A DNA stretch of 64,000 bases, from NCBI GenBank assembly GCA_038087875.1, contig CM075991.1, forward strand, positions 3,472,001-3,536,000. Reading direction: 5' to 3'. The position numbers and the translations under genes were made by a program. Below, piece after piece: positions 13,201-26,259 of the stretch (its first letter is position 1; each line of letters opens with the position of its first letter). The stretch comes from Malacoraja senta (lineage: Eukaryota). Under the pieces are notes generated by a model, which did not search any database, was not told where the DNA came from, and saw only the letters and a list, made by a program, of their open reading frames with translations.

Positions 13201-13500
13201 CTCCTCTCAGAGGCCGTGACCTCTGTTGGTTCAGCAAAACAGATAATCCAGGAACCAAGGGTGCTGGAAAATCTATGGCAGACCTGTATCTTCAAAGAAA
13301 AGGAGCAGAGAAAAGATTAGAAAGATTGTTCTGAAATGTTCATATTAATTGGAGCCAATATTATGACAAGAAAAGAGAAGCAGACCATGCCAGCTGTAGG
13401 CAGGAAGTCCGACAGACTCTGTAATAAGATAGACACAAAATGGCAGATCAAAGAAGATAATGCTAAAGGAAATGTAGAATGGTTCACTGTTAGCTGAGTG

Positions 13501-13826
13501 CATTGCGGAAAACCCGGGGGGGACGTGTCCCCTCCGTGTTTTCAGAGGTGGGGACGGTCCCCCTCACGTTACAAGCTTTAAATCTGTGGTACAGATGTGC
13601 AGTAATTGACTCATTCTAACGGTAACGGCCAGTAGTAGAGGCGTCCACGTCACGGGGCTGGAAACTGGAAGAATCCCGAGCTAATTACCGTCCACAGGGC
13701 GCACGGCTGAAGCTTTCGATGCCTCGCGTGTGTGTGTGAGTGTGCTCATGCGCGTGCGGCCGCCAAGAAATTGTGTCCCCCTGTCCCCCGGTCCCCTCCA
13801 TGTTTTGACAGCGGTTTCCGTCTCTG
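13501..13826 (+). mobile_element. Non-autonomous hAT DNA transposon, family B
   Basis: Degenerate TIRs CATTGCGGAAA...TTTCCGTCTCTG and a perfect 8-bp TSD GCTGAGTG (13493-13500, 13827-13834). Inserted into a Penelope 3' region. Longer relative at 41957-42651. Confidence 0.8.
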
Positions 13827-13929
13827 GCTGAGTGGAAGGTGACAATGAGGTAATTACAATCAGTAATATTGAATCAGGACAGTGGAACTAGTCAGAGAAC
13901 TAGGCTGCTGCAGGGACAGACAATTCTAT

Positions 13930-14680
13930 GTTTAAGAAGGAACTGCAGATGCTGGAAAATCGAAGGTAGACAAAAATGCTGGAGAAACTCAGCGGGTGAG
14001 GCAGCATCTATAGAGCGAAGGAAATAGGCAACGTTTCGGGTCGAAACCCTTCTTTCAGACTGATGTGAGGGTGGGAGGAAGAAAGGAAGAGGAGGAGCCA
14101 GAGGGCTGAGAGAGAGCTGAGAAGGGGAGAAGAATGTAAGGACTACCTGAAATTAGAGAAGTCAATGTTCATACCGCTGGGGTGCAAACTGCCCAAGCGA
14201 AATATGAGGTGCTGCTCCTCCAATTTACGGTGGGCTCACTCTGGCCATGGAGGAGGCCCAGGACAAAGGATGGATTCGGAATGGGGGGAGTTGAAGTGCT
14301 GAGCCACCGGGAGGTCAGGTTGGTTATTGCGAACCGAGCGGAGGTGTTGGTCTCACCGATGTAGAGTAGCTGACATCTAGAGCGGCGGATGCAATAGCTG
14401 AGGTTGGAGGAGGTGCAGGTGAACTCTGCCGCACCTGGAAGACTGCCTGGGTCAAGTCTATATTTCCTTGATCATCGTCTGCTTTGATCTGTCATTTTCA
14501 CACCTTACCCTTCCACATATCTCTAGTCTCCCTCTCCCTGACTCTCAGTCTGAAGGCGGGACTCGACCCAAAACGTCACCCATTCCTTTTCTCCTGAGAT
14601 GCTGCCTGTCCCGCTGAGTTACTCCAGCATTTTGTGTCTATCCTCGGTGTAAACCAGCATCTGCAGTTCCTTCCTAGTGC
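13930..14680 (-). mobile_element. Penelope-like element remnant with inverted pseudo-LTR
   Basis: Minus strand encodes the GIY-YIG C-terminus (…RKLEEQHLIFRLGSLHPSGMNIDFSNF), followed by a pLTR with a hammerhead-like motif. An oppositely oriented pLTR lies at ~14460-14680. Confidence 0.8.
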
Positions 14681-15979
14681 AACAGCCTCGGTGAAAAGGT
14701 TGGCATTTCAGTCCTCGAGCAGAAAGGTGACTAAAAGATAAACGGCACCTTCGCTCAGTCTGCGTGGGCCTACGCGTTCGCCCGATTACTAAACACTTTA
14801 ACTCCCCCTCCCATTCCTATGCTGAACTTTCTGTCCTGGCCTCCTCCATTATCAGAGTGAGACCCAGCGCAAATTGGAGGAACAGCACCTCATATTTCGC
14901 TTGGGCAGCTAACACCCCAGCAGAATGAATTACGATTTCTCTAATTTCCAAGTAAACCTTGCTTTCCCTCTCTCCGTCCCTTCCCCACTCTAGTTCTCCG
15001 ACTAGTTTCACTGTCCTCCTGATAAATATTACTGTTTGTATGCCTCGTTGTCACCTTCCCCGCAGCCAACAATGAACCATTCTACATTTCCTGTAGCATC
15101 ATCTGCTTTGATCTGTAATTTTCACACCTAACATGCTATTTGTACCCTTCAATGTCTCTCGTTTCCTCTCTCCTGGCTAAGTCTGAAGAAGGGTCTTGAA
15201 CCGAAACGTCACCCATTCCTTCTCTCCAAGGATGCTGCCCATCCCAGCATTTTATGTCCATTTAGTTTAGTTTAGAGATACAGCGTGGAAAACAGGCCCT
15301 TCGACTAACGAGTCTGCACTGACTAGCCATCCCCACACATTAACACAAGCCTACACACACTAGGAACAATTTACACTTATGCCAAAAGCCAATTAACCTA
15401 CAAACCTGTACGTCTTTGGAGTGTGGGTGGAAACTGAAGATCTTGGAGAAAACCCATGTGGTCACGGGGAGAACATACAAACTCCGTACAGACAGCACCC
15501 GTGGTCTACTCTGATCTTTCCTTGTTACACCTCACCCTCCCATATCTCTAGTTTCCCACTCCCCTGACTCTCAGTCCGAAGAATGGTCTCGACCCGAAGC
15601 ATCACCCATTCCTTCTCTTCAGATATGCCACCTGTCCCGCTGAGTTACTCCTGGATTTTGTGTCTGTCTCTGGAGGGAAAGGGGTTGGGGAGAGGCAGCG
15701 GATATTCTACTCACAAAGGGGAAGTGAATGGTATCAATGATCGAAGATAGACACAAAATGCTGGGGTAACTCAGCAGGACAGGCAGCATCTCTGGAGAGA
15801 AGGAATGGGTGACATTTCGGGTCGAGACCCTTCTTCATTATCTATGATCCCTGGCAGCTGCACAGTACAATGTTGTCAGGTGAAGTGAATGGTGAGTTTA
15901 CAGGCGCAAAGGCACATAAAGGCATAAAGGGCCTGTCCCACTTGGGGTCATTTGCCCACCAATGGCGTGCGAATTTGGT

Positions 15980-16179
15980 NNNNNNNNNNNNNNNNNNNNN
16001 NNNNNNNNNNNNNNNNNNNNNNNNNNNNNNNNNNNNNNNNNNNNNNNNNNNNNNNNNNNNNNNNNNNNNNNNNNNNNNNNNNNNNNNNNNNNNNNNNNNN
16101 NNNNNNNNNNNNNNNNNNNNNNNNNNNNNNNNNNNNNNNNNNNNNNNNNNNNNNNNNNNNNNNNNNNNNNNNNNNNNNN
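15980..16179. other. Assembly gap (200 N)
   Basis: Run of exactly 200 N. Left flank is a truncated TIR element (AAAGGGCCTGTCCCACTTGG at ~15927); right flank is a pLTR fragment. Confidence 0.99.
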
Positions 16180-17804
16180 TAGATGCTGCTGCACCCGCTG
16201 AGTTTCTCCAGCATTTTTGTGTACCCAGGATTGTAGGTTAATTGGTTTCTGTAAATTGTCCATAGTGTGCTGGACAGAACTAGTGTTGGGGGGGGATCGC
16301 TGGTCAGTGCAGACTCGGTGAGCCGATGGGCCTGTTTCCACGCAATATCTCTAAAGTAAACTAAACTACAACATTATGGGAGGTATAGCGAGGAAGAGTC
16401 AGAAACTGTTCCCCAGTGTGGTAAACCTTCTGGATGTGGCTGGAAATATTGTGGAGAGTCTGGACAAGCTGTGAACAGTAGAGGCAGAGGGGTGACCTGA
16501 ACTTACAGAGGCACTAACCAGTGACTGGTATAGATAGGGTAGAGAGGCTGTAACCTTTCCCCATCGCTCATGTGTCTAATACCTAAGAACATAAGGTGCA
16601 GGAGTAGGCACCGCCATTCAATATGATCATGGTCGATCATCCAGAATCAGTACACCGTTCCTGCTTTCTCCCCATATCCCTTTATTCCGTAAGCTCCAAG
16701 AGCTACAGTATATCTAACTCTCTCTTGAAAGCATCTAGTGAACTGGCCTCCACTGCCTTCTGTGGCAGATAATTCCACAGATTCACAACTCTCTGCGTGA
16801 AAACATTTTTCCTCATCTCAGTCCGAAACGGCCTACCCCTTATTTTGAAATTAAGGTGAGGAGACAGCGGTTTAGAAAAGATTTGAGGGAATCTTTTTTC
16901 TCAACAGGGGGTGGGTGGAATGTGGAGCCGGTGGGTGGGGGGTGGGGGGGGGGGTGGAAACAGAGACTCCCACAACATTGAAGAAGCATCTGGAAGAGCA
17001 CTTGGCTCACCAAGGCTGAGAAGGCTACGACCAAGTGCTACTTACTGGGATTGAATTAGATAGTTTGTTTTTGTTTTAGCTTAAAGATACAGCGTGGAAA
17101 CAGGCCCTTCAGCCCATCGACCAGCGATCCCCCCCGCACATTAACACGACACTACACACACATCAGGGAGAGTCTCCACTTACACCAAGCCAGTTAATCT
17201 GCAAACCTGTACGTCTTTGGAGTGTGGGAGGAAACCGACAATCTCGGAGGAAACCCACGCAGGTCACGGGGAGAACGTGCAAACTACGTACAGACAGCAC
17301 CCGTGGTCGGGATCGAACCCGGGTCTCCGGCGCTGCAAGCACTATAAGGCAGCGACTCTACCGCTGCGCCACCGTGCCTCCTCTAGTTGAATGACAACAT
17401 GGATGTGGTGGGACGAAGGGACTGCTTCTGTGCTGGCCCCCACCATGAATGACTCTGTAAGACCCTGAATACTTTGCCATGGCAACTTTGCCCAATTGGA
17501 ACAGAAAGCTTTGAGGAATTCATTCAGCATCTGTTACCAGAATGAATGGATAATATTTCTCACTTACACATTTACCTTCATTATTTCCTGCACATGCGAC
17601 CAAACTTGGTGTTAATTTGTAACAGTTGCAGTTTCTGCACGTTTTTCACAAGTCTATGTACATGCTGTAATTAGTATTCCGACTCACGCTTGCTGATATT
17701 ACCCTCTTTATTACAACAGTGTTTATACTGTGGCCGGGATTTAATTGATTGTAAAGTGCTCTGGAGGGGTGCTGAAAGATGCTCCAGGAATTAAAGTCTA
17801 TCCT

Positions 17805-17990
17805 GTTAAAGAAGGAACTGCAGATGCTGGAAAATCGAAGGTACACAAAAATGCTGGAGAAACTCAGCGGGTGCAGCAGCATCTATGGAGCGAAGGAAAT
17901 AGGTAACGTTTCGGGCCGAAACGTTACCTATTTCCTTCACTCCATAGATGCTGCTGCACCCGCTGAGTTTCTCCAGCATTTTTGTGTACC
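17805..17990. mobile_element. Penelope pLTR-derived fold-back palindrome insertion
   Basis: Near-perfect ~151-bp hairpin 17840-17990 centred on TTTCGGGCCGAAA. Flanked by a 15-bp TSD ATTAAAGTC(T/G)ATCCT (17790-17804, 17991-18005). Confidence 0.8.
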
Positions 17991-20499
17991 ATTAAAGTCG
18001 ATCCTTCCTTCTACCTGGGGTGTACACAGTGCTCTGATATCTAAGTTGCTGCACTTCAGCAAAGAGTTGGGGAGCATTGTCCCACAATGTGGTGGTGAAT
18101 CTGTGGAGTTCTTTGCCACAGAAGGCTGTGGAGGCCAAATCAGTGGATATTTTTAAGGCAGAGATAGATAGATTCTTGATTAGTGGGGGTGTCAGAGGTT
18201 ATGGGGAGGAGGCAGGAGAATGGGGTTAGGAGAGAGAGATAGATCGGCCTACTGTGATAGATAGATGAATGGCATAGACTTGATGGGCCGAATGGCCTAA
18301 TTCTACTCCTATTCCTTTTGACATGACCTTATAACATGCCTTCACACACCAATGCATGCACACAAGCACCCACGCACAAACATAGAATGTTTCCACTGCA
18401 CAGCCTGCAGGGTGTTAAACCAACATGATCTCCCTGTTGCTAAACATTAGTTGCAGTTAATTGCAATTCCTCCTCCCATTCCCACACTGACCTTTCTGTC
18501 CTGGGCCTCCTCCACTGCCAGAGTAAGGCCCAATGCAAATTGGAGGAACTGCACCTCATATTTTGCTTGGGCAGCTTACAAACCAGCAGTATAAATATTG
18601 GCATCTCTAACTTCAAGTAACCCTTGCATTCCCTCTCACTCCATCCGTCTCCCAGCCTAGTTCCCCGATCAGTCTGACTGTCTTCCTGATTAAATTTTAT
18701 CTTTGTATGCTTCGTTGTCACCGTCTCCCAGCTAACAATCATCAATTCTACATTTCCCTTGAGCTTCGTCCCCTATGATGTCTCGTTTTCACACCCTACC
18801 CTTCTGTATCTCTGTGTCTCCCTCTCCCCTGACCCTCAGTCCGAAGAAGGGTCTCAACCCGAAGCGTTACCCATTCCTTCTCTCCAGAGATGCTGCCTGT
18901 CCCGCTGAGTTACTCCAGCATTTTGTGTCTATCTTCTTGTCCTAATCTTTCCCTCCTATTAGCCCAGGATAACTCAACTAATTGCAGACAGTAGGTTTCT
19001 GTGCTGGCTATTACGCTGGACAACATAGACCATAGAATTGTGCAGTATAACAGAGGAACAGGCTATTCGGCCCACAATGTCTATGCCTGGCTAAACTGAT
19101 CTCAACTGCCCTTACATGATCCATGCACCTCTATTCCTTGTACTTCCATGTTATACCCTCGATCCTGTATCTGTACATTGTGGACGGCTTGATTGTAATC
19201 ATTTACAGTCATTTCCCATTTAGATCAAGAGGCAACTGCTTGGCTAAAGGACTTTGCATTCGCTAAATAAATTTCCCTGACGGGATAGCTCTTGACAAAA
19301 TAGCTTTTCCCTGCAACTCGGTACACGTGACAATAATAAACAATCCTAAAACTAAACCAAACTGCTGTATCTGCCTCTACCACCAGCTCCAGCAAAACCT
19401 TACAAACTCTCACCACTCTCTGTGTAAAAAAAATGGCCACGCACATCTCTCCATTAAACTTTCCCCCTCTCACCTGATAGCTCTGCCCTCTAGTGTTGGG
19501 TATTTCCACCCTGGGATATAGGCTCTGACTGTTAATGCTACCTATCCCTTTTGTAATTTTATACAATACAATACAATACCATTTATTGTCATTTGAACCT
19601 CAAACCAAGTTCAAACGAAATTTGGTTTCTGCAGTCAAACAAAACAAAACAGTTCCTACACGACACACAAACAATTCAATCCCCAGAAAAACATCCATCA
19701 CAGTGAATCTCCTCCTCACTGTGATGGAAGGCCAAGTCTTTTCTCTCCCCTGCACCATCCTTCTCCCGATGTTGAAGCCATGTACTTTTATCAAGTTTCC
19801 CTTCAACCTCCGAGGAATTAAGAGACCGATGATAGACACAAAAAGCTGGAGTTACTCAGCGGGACAGGCAGCGTCTCTGGAGAGAAGGAATGGGTGACGT
19901 TTCAGGTCGAGACCCTTCTTCAGACTGATAGTGGAGGAGGGAGAGGAGAGGAGGGGATGGAGCATGCTCTATAAAACAGGAGTAAGTCTGGAGTTACTCA
20001 ATAAGTCAGGCAGCTTTCCCGCACTTTGTGTCTTTTTTTTGGTAAACCAGCACCTTGGAGGAGCAGCACCTCATATTTCACTTGGGCAGTCTGCACCCCA
20101 GCGGCATGAACATTGACTTCTCTAATTTCAGGTAGTCCCTGCTTTCTCCTCCCCTACTCAGCTCTCCCTCAGCCCACTGGCTCCGCCTCTTCCTTTCTTC
20201 TTCCAGCCCCCCCCCCCCCCCCCCCACCCTCACATCAGTCTGAAGAAGGGATTTGGCCCGAAACATTGCCTGTTTCCTTCGCTCCATAGATGCTGACGCA
20301 CCCGCTGAGTTTCTCCAGCATTTTTGTCTACCTTCGATTTTCCAGCGTCTGCAGTTCCTTCTTAAACACCTGCAGTTCATTGTCTTTGCTCTGTCTAAAG
20401 CCACGTGGTGTGCACTTGCCGTTATAATGCAAGGTGGTGCAAAGATGTATGCGGCATGTGTGAATGGATTAGTTTCAGTGCTGCCTGGTCTGCTATTGT

Positions 20500-21137
20500 T
20501 AGGATGGGACTGAGGGGGACCTGGGGGAGGGTAGTGCACCGAGATGTCCCATGCAAACTGTTTCTCTCCTGGTTCACAGGCTGGAAGAGTCTGTGTTACA
20601 CGTGTATATGGCGTGTGTGAGGCTTGCAGCCCCTGTTCCATTTTCTAAAGGGGATGCTCCTCGCCTTCTGGCTGCACTTCATGCCCACCATCCACACCTT
20701 TGGACAACCTGTGCATAGGGGAGAGGGTGGGGCTGAAGATGTCCTGCTCCTGGGCCTGGCCCAGCTGGCCATCCGTGAGTCATGGCGGCAGGTGGAAGAG
20801 GGCTCTGCCCGAGCCGGCTGCCTGCCCCATTTACGACGTTACATTTACGTTTACGACCCCATTTACGACGTTACATCCGCGCCCGGGTGGCACTAGAGAG
20901 GGACTACGCGCTATCCACGGGCACCCTGGGGGATCTCCGGGACGTTGGGCACCGCGGGAGGTGGTGACAAGGATCGTAATATATTGTTGTTTCATTTCCA
21001 TTTTCAGTATATTGATATTTAAGAATATTTGTTTTACTTTGTGCTATGGTGGTGGATATTGTTTTGTATTGTAAATATTATTCTTGTAAATAATTGACTA
21101 CAATTATTTTTGGTTAAAAAATGTAAAAAATTAAAAT
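20500..21137 (+). mobile_element. Tx1/L1-clade LINE 3' fragment (decayed)
   Basis: Frameshifted peptide GDLG.RVVHRDVPCKLFL...EESVLHVYMACVR.LQPLFHFLKGMLLAFWLHF...LLGLAQLAI resembles the Tx1 ORF2 C-terminal Cys/His region. T-rich 3' UTR and A-rich tail follow. Confidence 0.65.
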
Positions 21138-22335
21138 AGGAAGGGACTGAGCGGATGATGTGCGTCTGTGTGGTGTCTGGGCGATTGTTAACTTTCTACA
21201 CATAAGAGACCAATGATCTAGAGACTGGGATTTAAACCTTAAAATGGCAACTGATGTGGCCTGTACGTAACACTAACCACTATCAATGTGAATCATCCAT
21301 AACTGCTCCCTGCAATATATAACAAACCGCCTAGTTCAAGGGAAATTGGCAATGCATACAGTGAAGGGAATAAGTAACAGGGGCAGACAATGGTGCAGCT
21401 GGTAGAGCAGCTGCCTCACAGCGCCAGAGACCCAGGTTCAGGCCTGGCCTTTGCAGATGACTGCGCAGAGTTTGTACGTTCCAGTTTCCACCCGCATCCC
21501 AAAGGCGTGCAGGGTTTGCAGGGTAACCGGCCCTCTGTAAATTGCCCCTGGTGTGTAGGGAGTGGATGCGAAAGTGGGCTCACAAGAACAAGTGTGAACG
21601 GGTAATTGACGGTCAGCATGGACTCGGTGGGCCGAAGGGCCAGTTTCTGTGCTGTATCTGTCAATCAAAAAATCTCAGCAGTGCTATTAGTGCGAAAGCA
21701 AAGGCAAGACATAATGCTTCATAAGCTCAGATGGAAGGATATCAACCAAAAATATCAAAACACGTAAAGATATTTGGATAGATACATGGACAGGAAGGTT
21801 TTAGAGGGATATGGGACTAGCCTAGATGGGGCACCTTGGTCAGCATGGGAAAGTTGGGCCAAGGGACCTGTTTCTGTGGTGTATGACTATGACTATTAAC
21901 TGTGTAGGGAGGAACTGCAGATGCTGGTTTAAATCGAAGATAGACACAAAATGCTGGAGTAACTCAGTGGGACAAGCAACATCTCTGGAGAAAAGGAATA
22001 GGTGACGTTTCGGGTCTATATTATCTGTGTTCTTTACACAGACGCTGCCCGACCTGCTGAGTATGTCCAGCATTCTCTGGTTTCAACGGCAGAAAATACA
22101 AATGTCATGATAGCTCAGACTTTTAATGAACCACCTACTGCAAAGACAGGGTCTTGATCTGCAGCCTGAACTGTAATTAAACTTGGGATCACCACAGCTT
22201 GTGCTCGCTTATCATTTCATAGATAACTGTATTTTGGTAGCATTTAAATTGGAGTGCGGGAGGGGGAATTGTTACCCATTGTGAGTGGAGCAGGAATATG
22301 ATTTAAGTTCATAAGTGATAGGAGCAGAATTAGGC

Positions 22336-22935
22336 AGTTGTATAGGGCTCTGGTAAGACCACATCTGGAGTATTGTGTACAGTTTTGGTCTCCTAATTTG
22401 AGGAAGGACATCCTTGTGATTGAGGCAGTGCAGCGTAGGTTCACGAGATTGATCCCTGGGATGGCGGGACTGTCATATGAGGAAAGATTGAAAAGACTAG
22501 GCTTGTATTCACTGGAGTTTAGAAGGATGAGGGGGGATCTTATAGAAACATATAAAACTATAAAAGGACTGGACAAGCTAGATGCAGGAAAAAAATTCCC
22601 AATGTTGGGCGAGTCCAGAACCAGGGGCCACAGTCTTAGAATAAAGGGGAGGCCATTTAAGACTGAGGTGAGAAAAAACTTTTTCACCCAGAGAGTTGTG
22701 AATTTGTGGAATTCCCTGCCACAGAGGGCAGTGGAGGCCAAGTCACTGGATGGATTTAAGAGGGAGTTAGATAGAGCTCTAGGGGCTAGTGGAATCAAGG
22801 GATATGGGGAGAAGGCAGGCACGGGTTATTGATTGGGGATGATCAGCCATGGTCACATTTAATGGCGGTGCTGGCTCGAAGGGCCGAATGGCCTCCTCCT
22901 GCACCTATTTTTATGTTTCTATGTTTCTATGTTTC
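22336..22935 (+). mobile_element. Young CR1 LINE 3' fragment
   Basis: Uninterrupted 164-aa ORF ([18 protein letters not shown]...FFTQRVVNLWNSLP...), (TTTCTATG)n tail, and a TAGGC duplication (22331-22335, 22936-22940) inside an older CR1 tail. Confidence 0.95.
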
Positions 22936-23520
22936 TAGGCCATTCAGCCCTTGAAGTCTACTCCGAATCCCCATCAATCATGGCTGATCTATCTCTTCCC
23001 CTCTCAACCCCATTTTCCTGCTTCTCCTCATAACCCCTGACACCCGTACCAATCAAGTATCCATCTACCTCTGCTTTAAAAAATATCCGTTGACTTGGCC
23101 TCCACAGCCAAGAATGATACCACATGGAAACAGGCCCTTTGGCCCAACTCATCCATGACGACCAAGATGACCCATCTAAGCGCGTTTAATCTGCCCGCCT
23201 TTGGCCCACATCCCTCTAAACCTTTCCTTTCCATGTACCTGTCCAAGTGTCTTTTAAATGCTGTTCTCCTACCTGCTTCAACAACCTCCTCTGGCAGCAT
23301 GTTCCATACCCCCACCACCCTCTGAGTGAAATGGTTTCCCCTCAGGTTCCTATCAAATCTTGCCACTCTCACCTTAAGCCTATGTCCCCAGGTTCTTTGA
23401 TTCCCTTATTGCCGAGGTAAAAGAGCTGTGAATAGTGTTAAAAGTCATGCTGAATGGCCTGGGCAGATGGAGAATGTCATTAACACATGCCACAGGTAAT
23501 TCAGGATAATTGAAGATCTC

Positions 23521-23820
23521 GGGGCAGCACGGTGGTGCAGCGATAGAGTTATTGCCCGACAGCGCTTGCAGCGCCGGTGACCCGGGTTCGACCCCGACTA
23601 CGGGTGCTGTCTGTACGGAATTTGTATGTTCTCCCCGTGACCGTGTGGGTTTTCTCCGAGATCTTCGGTTTCCTCCCACACTATAAAGACGTAATTGGAT
23701 TGGTATAAATGTCCCTAGTGTATGCAGGATAGTGTTAGTGTGTGGGGATTGCTGGTTGGCGCAGACTCAGTGGGCCGAAGGGCCTGTTTCCATGCTGTAC
23801 CTCTAAACTAAGCTAAACTA
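23521..23820 (+). mobile_element. HE1-like V-SINE, near full length
   Basis: GGGGCAGCACGGTGGTGCAGCG...GGGTTCGACCCC head, central domain, GGGCCGAAGGGCCTGTTTCC tail and (CTAAA)n end. Confidence 0.85.
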
Positions 23821-24431
23821 ATGCAAGGTATTGGGCAACTGAGTGCAGGTTCCACTTGGGGAAGGGGAACAATGTTCCTCCTTGGGTCTCCGATAAGAAA
23901 GGTTTCCCCTTCTGAATCCCACAAGAGAGTGAAGGCGTCCTCTATCCTAGTTGATTCTTGCTGCCTTCTAGATTCTACCCCTGGGTCCTGAGATTGATGC
24001 CTGTTGGAAGACAGCTGGTGGACTTTCCACAATGACCTGGCTGGAGTCACGTGGTCCGTGGAGACCAGTGTTGAAGATAGCTCACCTTCATACCATACCA
24101 TACCATAGAACTTGATTTATCCCAGGGGGGAAATTGATCTATCAACAGTCATGAAAACCACAAAATAAAATTAAAGTGGCAGGTGGAAAGGGTTGGGGAT
24201 GTGCAAAGATTGGGGGTGCGGTGGAAGGAGTCAGGCTAACGTTTCAGGTCGAGACCCTTCTTCAGACTCGACCCGTAACATCACCCATTCCTTCTCTCCA
24301 GTGATGCCACCTGTCCCACTGAGTTACTCCAACATTTTGTGTATATTCGGTGTAAACCAGCATCTGCAGTTCCTTCCTATACACAGTGACTCTATTTCCT
24401 AAATGACTATATGTTAAAACCGCACTTGATA

Positions 24432-24700
24432 CATAGAAACATAGAAACATTGAAAATAGGTGCAGGAGGAGGCCATTCGGCCCTTTGAGCCAGCACCGCC
24501 TTTCATTGTGATCATGGCTGATCGTCCCCAATCAATAACCCATGCCTGCCTTCTCCACATATCCCTTGATTCCACTAGCCCCTAGAGCTCTATCTAACTC
24601 TCTCTTAAATCCATCCAGTGACTTGGCCTCCTGTGTAGCAATCAATAAAGGGCTATAGGTGTATTGCGAGTATATATACTCGCAATACACCTATAGCATA

Positions 24701-24732
<32 letters not shown>

Positions 24733-25165
24733 GTACAGGGGCATATAGAAACATAGAAACATAGAAAATAGGTGCAGGAGGCCTTTCGGCCCTTCGAGCC
24801 AGCACCGCCATTCTTTGTGATCATGGCTGATCGTCCCCAATCAATAACCCGTGCCTGCCTTCTCCCCATATCCCTTGACTCCACTAGCCTCTAGAGCTCT
24901 ATCTAACTCCCTCTTAAATCCATCCAGTGACTTGGCGTCCACTGCCCTCTGTGGCAGGGAATTCCACAAATTCACAACTCTCTGGGTGAAAAAGTTTTTT
25001 CTCACCTCAGTCTTAAATGACCTCCCCTTTATTCTAAGACTGTGGGCCCTGGTTCTGGACTCGCCCAACATTGGGAGCATTTTTCCTGCATCTAGCTTGT
25101 CCAGTCCTTTTATAATTTTATATGTTTCTATAAGATCCCCCTCGTCCTTCTAAACTCCAGTGAAT
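24432..25165 (-). mobile_element. Two tandem CR1 3' fragments of the young subfamily (24432-24631, 24745-25165)
   Basis: Both are near-identical to the reverse complement of 22500-22935. They are separated by a perfect palindrome and a (TA)n tract. Confidence 0.9.
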
Positions 25166-26259
25166 CTGTTGATGAAACCGTGTTATAAACATCAGGATTG
25201 ATGTATTTTCCTCTCTACAAATTCTATATATATACACACTGAACTTTTTTTCTGGTTTATTATATAGTTTACAGTGTACTATGTTTACATATTCTGTTGC
25301 GCTGCTGCAAGTAATAATTCCATTGTTCTGTCTGGGACATATGACAATAAAACATTCCTGAGTCTCGACGCTTAGACTGCCTTGCTTTCCTTTGGAGCAC
25401 CAGAAAAGACTCGTTTTTAGGTCACATCCTTTTCTTTCAACCGACATGCTCTAATTCTGTTTTAATTTCCCAGTCGGCTCCGCTGCACAACAAAGTTTGG
25501 AATCCTGCGTCCAAAACAAGTCCCCGCCACCCAAACAGTCACAATCAACGTATGGCCTCCCGAATGGGAAGGCGATGAGTTTCAATGGTGTGATGATGCA
25601 AGACCAATTTGGGACAATGCCACAAAATTGATTCATACGGGTGTCAGGGGTTACGGGGAGAAGGCAGGAGAATGGGGTTAGGAGGGAGAGATAGACCAGC
25701 CGTGATTGAAAGGCAGAGTAGACTTGATGGGCCGAATGGCCTAATTCTGCCCCAATCACTTACGAAAAAGGAGAAAAAGTGCTGGCGTAACTCAGCGGGT
25801 CGGGCAGCACCCCTGGAGAACATGGGTAGGTGATGTTTCGGGTCTGGACCCTTCTTCATACCGATTGTAAGGGGATTGGAAAATCACAGCTGGAAAAGGG
25901 GAGAGGCATGACAAAGCGTGACTGGTAATAGGTCGACAGAGAGTCATAGAGTGATACAGCGTGGTAACAGGCCCTTCGGCCCAACTTGCCCACACCAGCC
26001 AACATGTCCCAGCTACACTAGTCCATATGTATTTGATGCATGACCTTTTGTGTACAGACCAGCATCTGCAGTTCCTTGTTGCTACAATTTGCCAAAGCCA
26101 CTGCACTGGGTATGAGGGAAAGGTTTTTATTTTTTATTTTTGGCTTCAGGGATAACAGCAGGTATCAAGGACATCCTTTGAAAAGCCCAATTCAGAAAAA
26201 TCCTGCATTAGTCCAAAAGAAATTTGCGAGCGAATTGCAAATGATTTCCACTAATTGGG

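Noticed and set aside
15870..16341. ORFs spanning N runs (also 50387-50906)
   Set aside because: Artefacts of translating assembly gaps.
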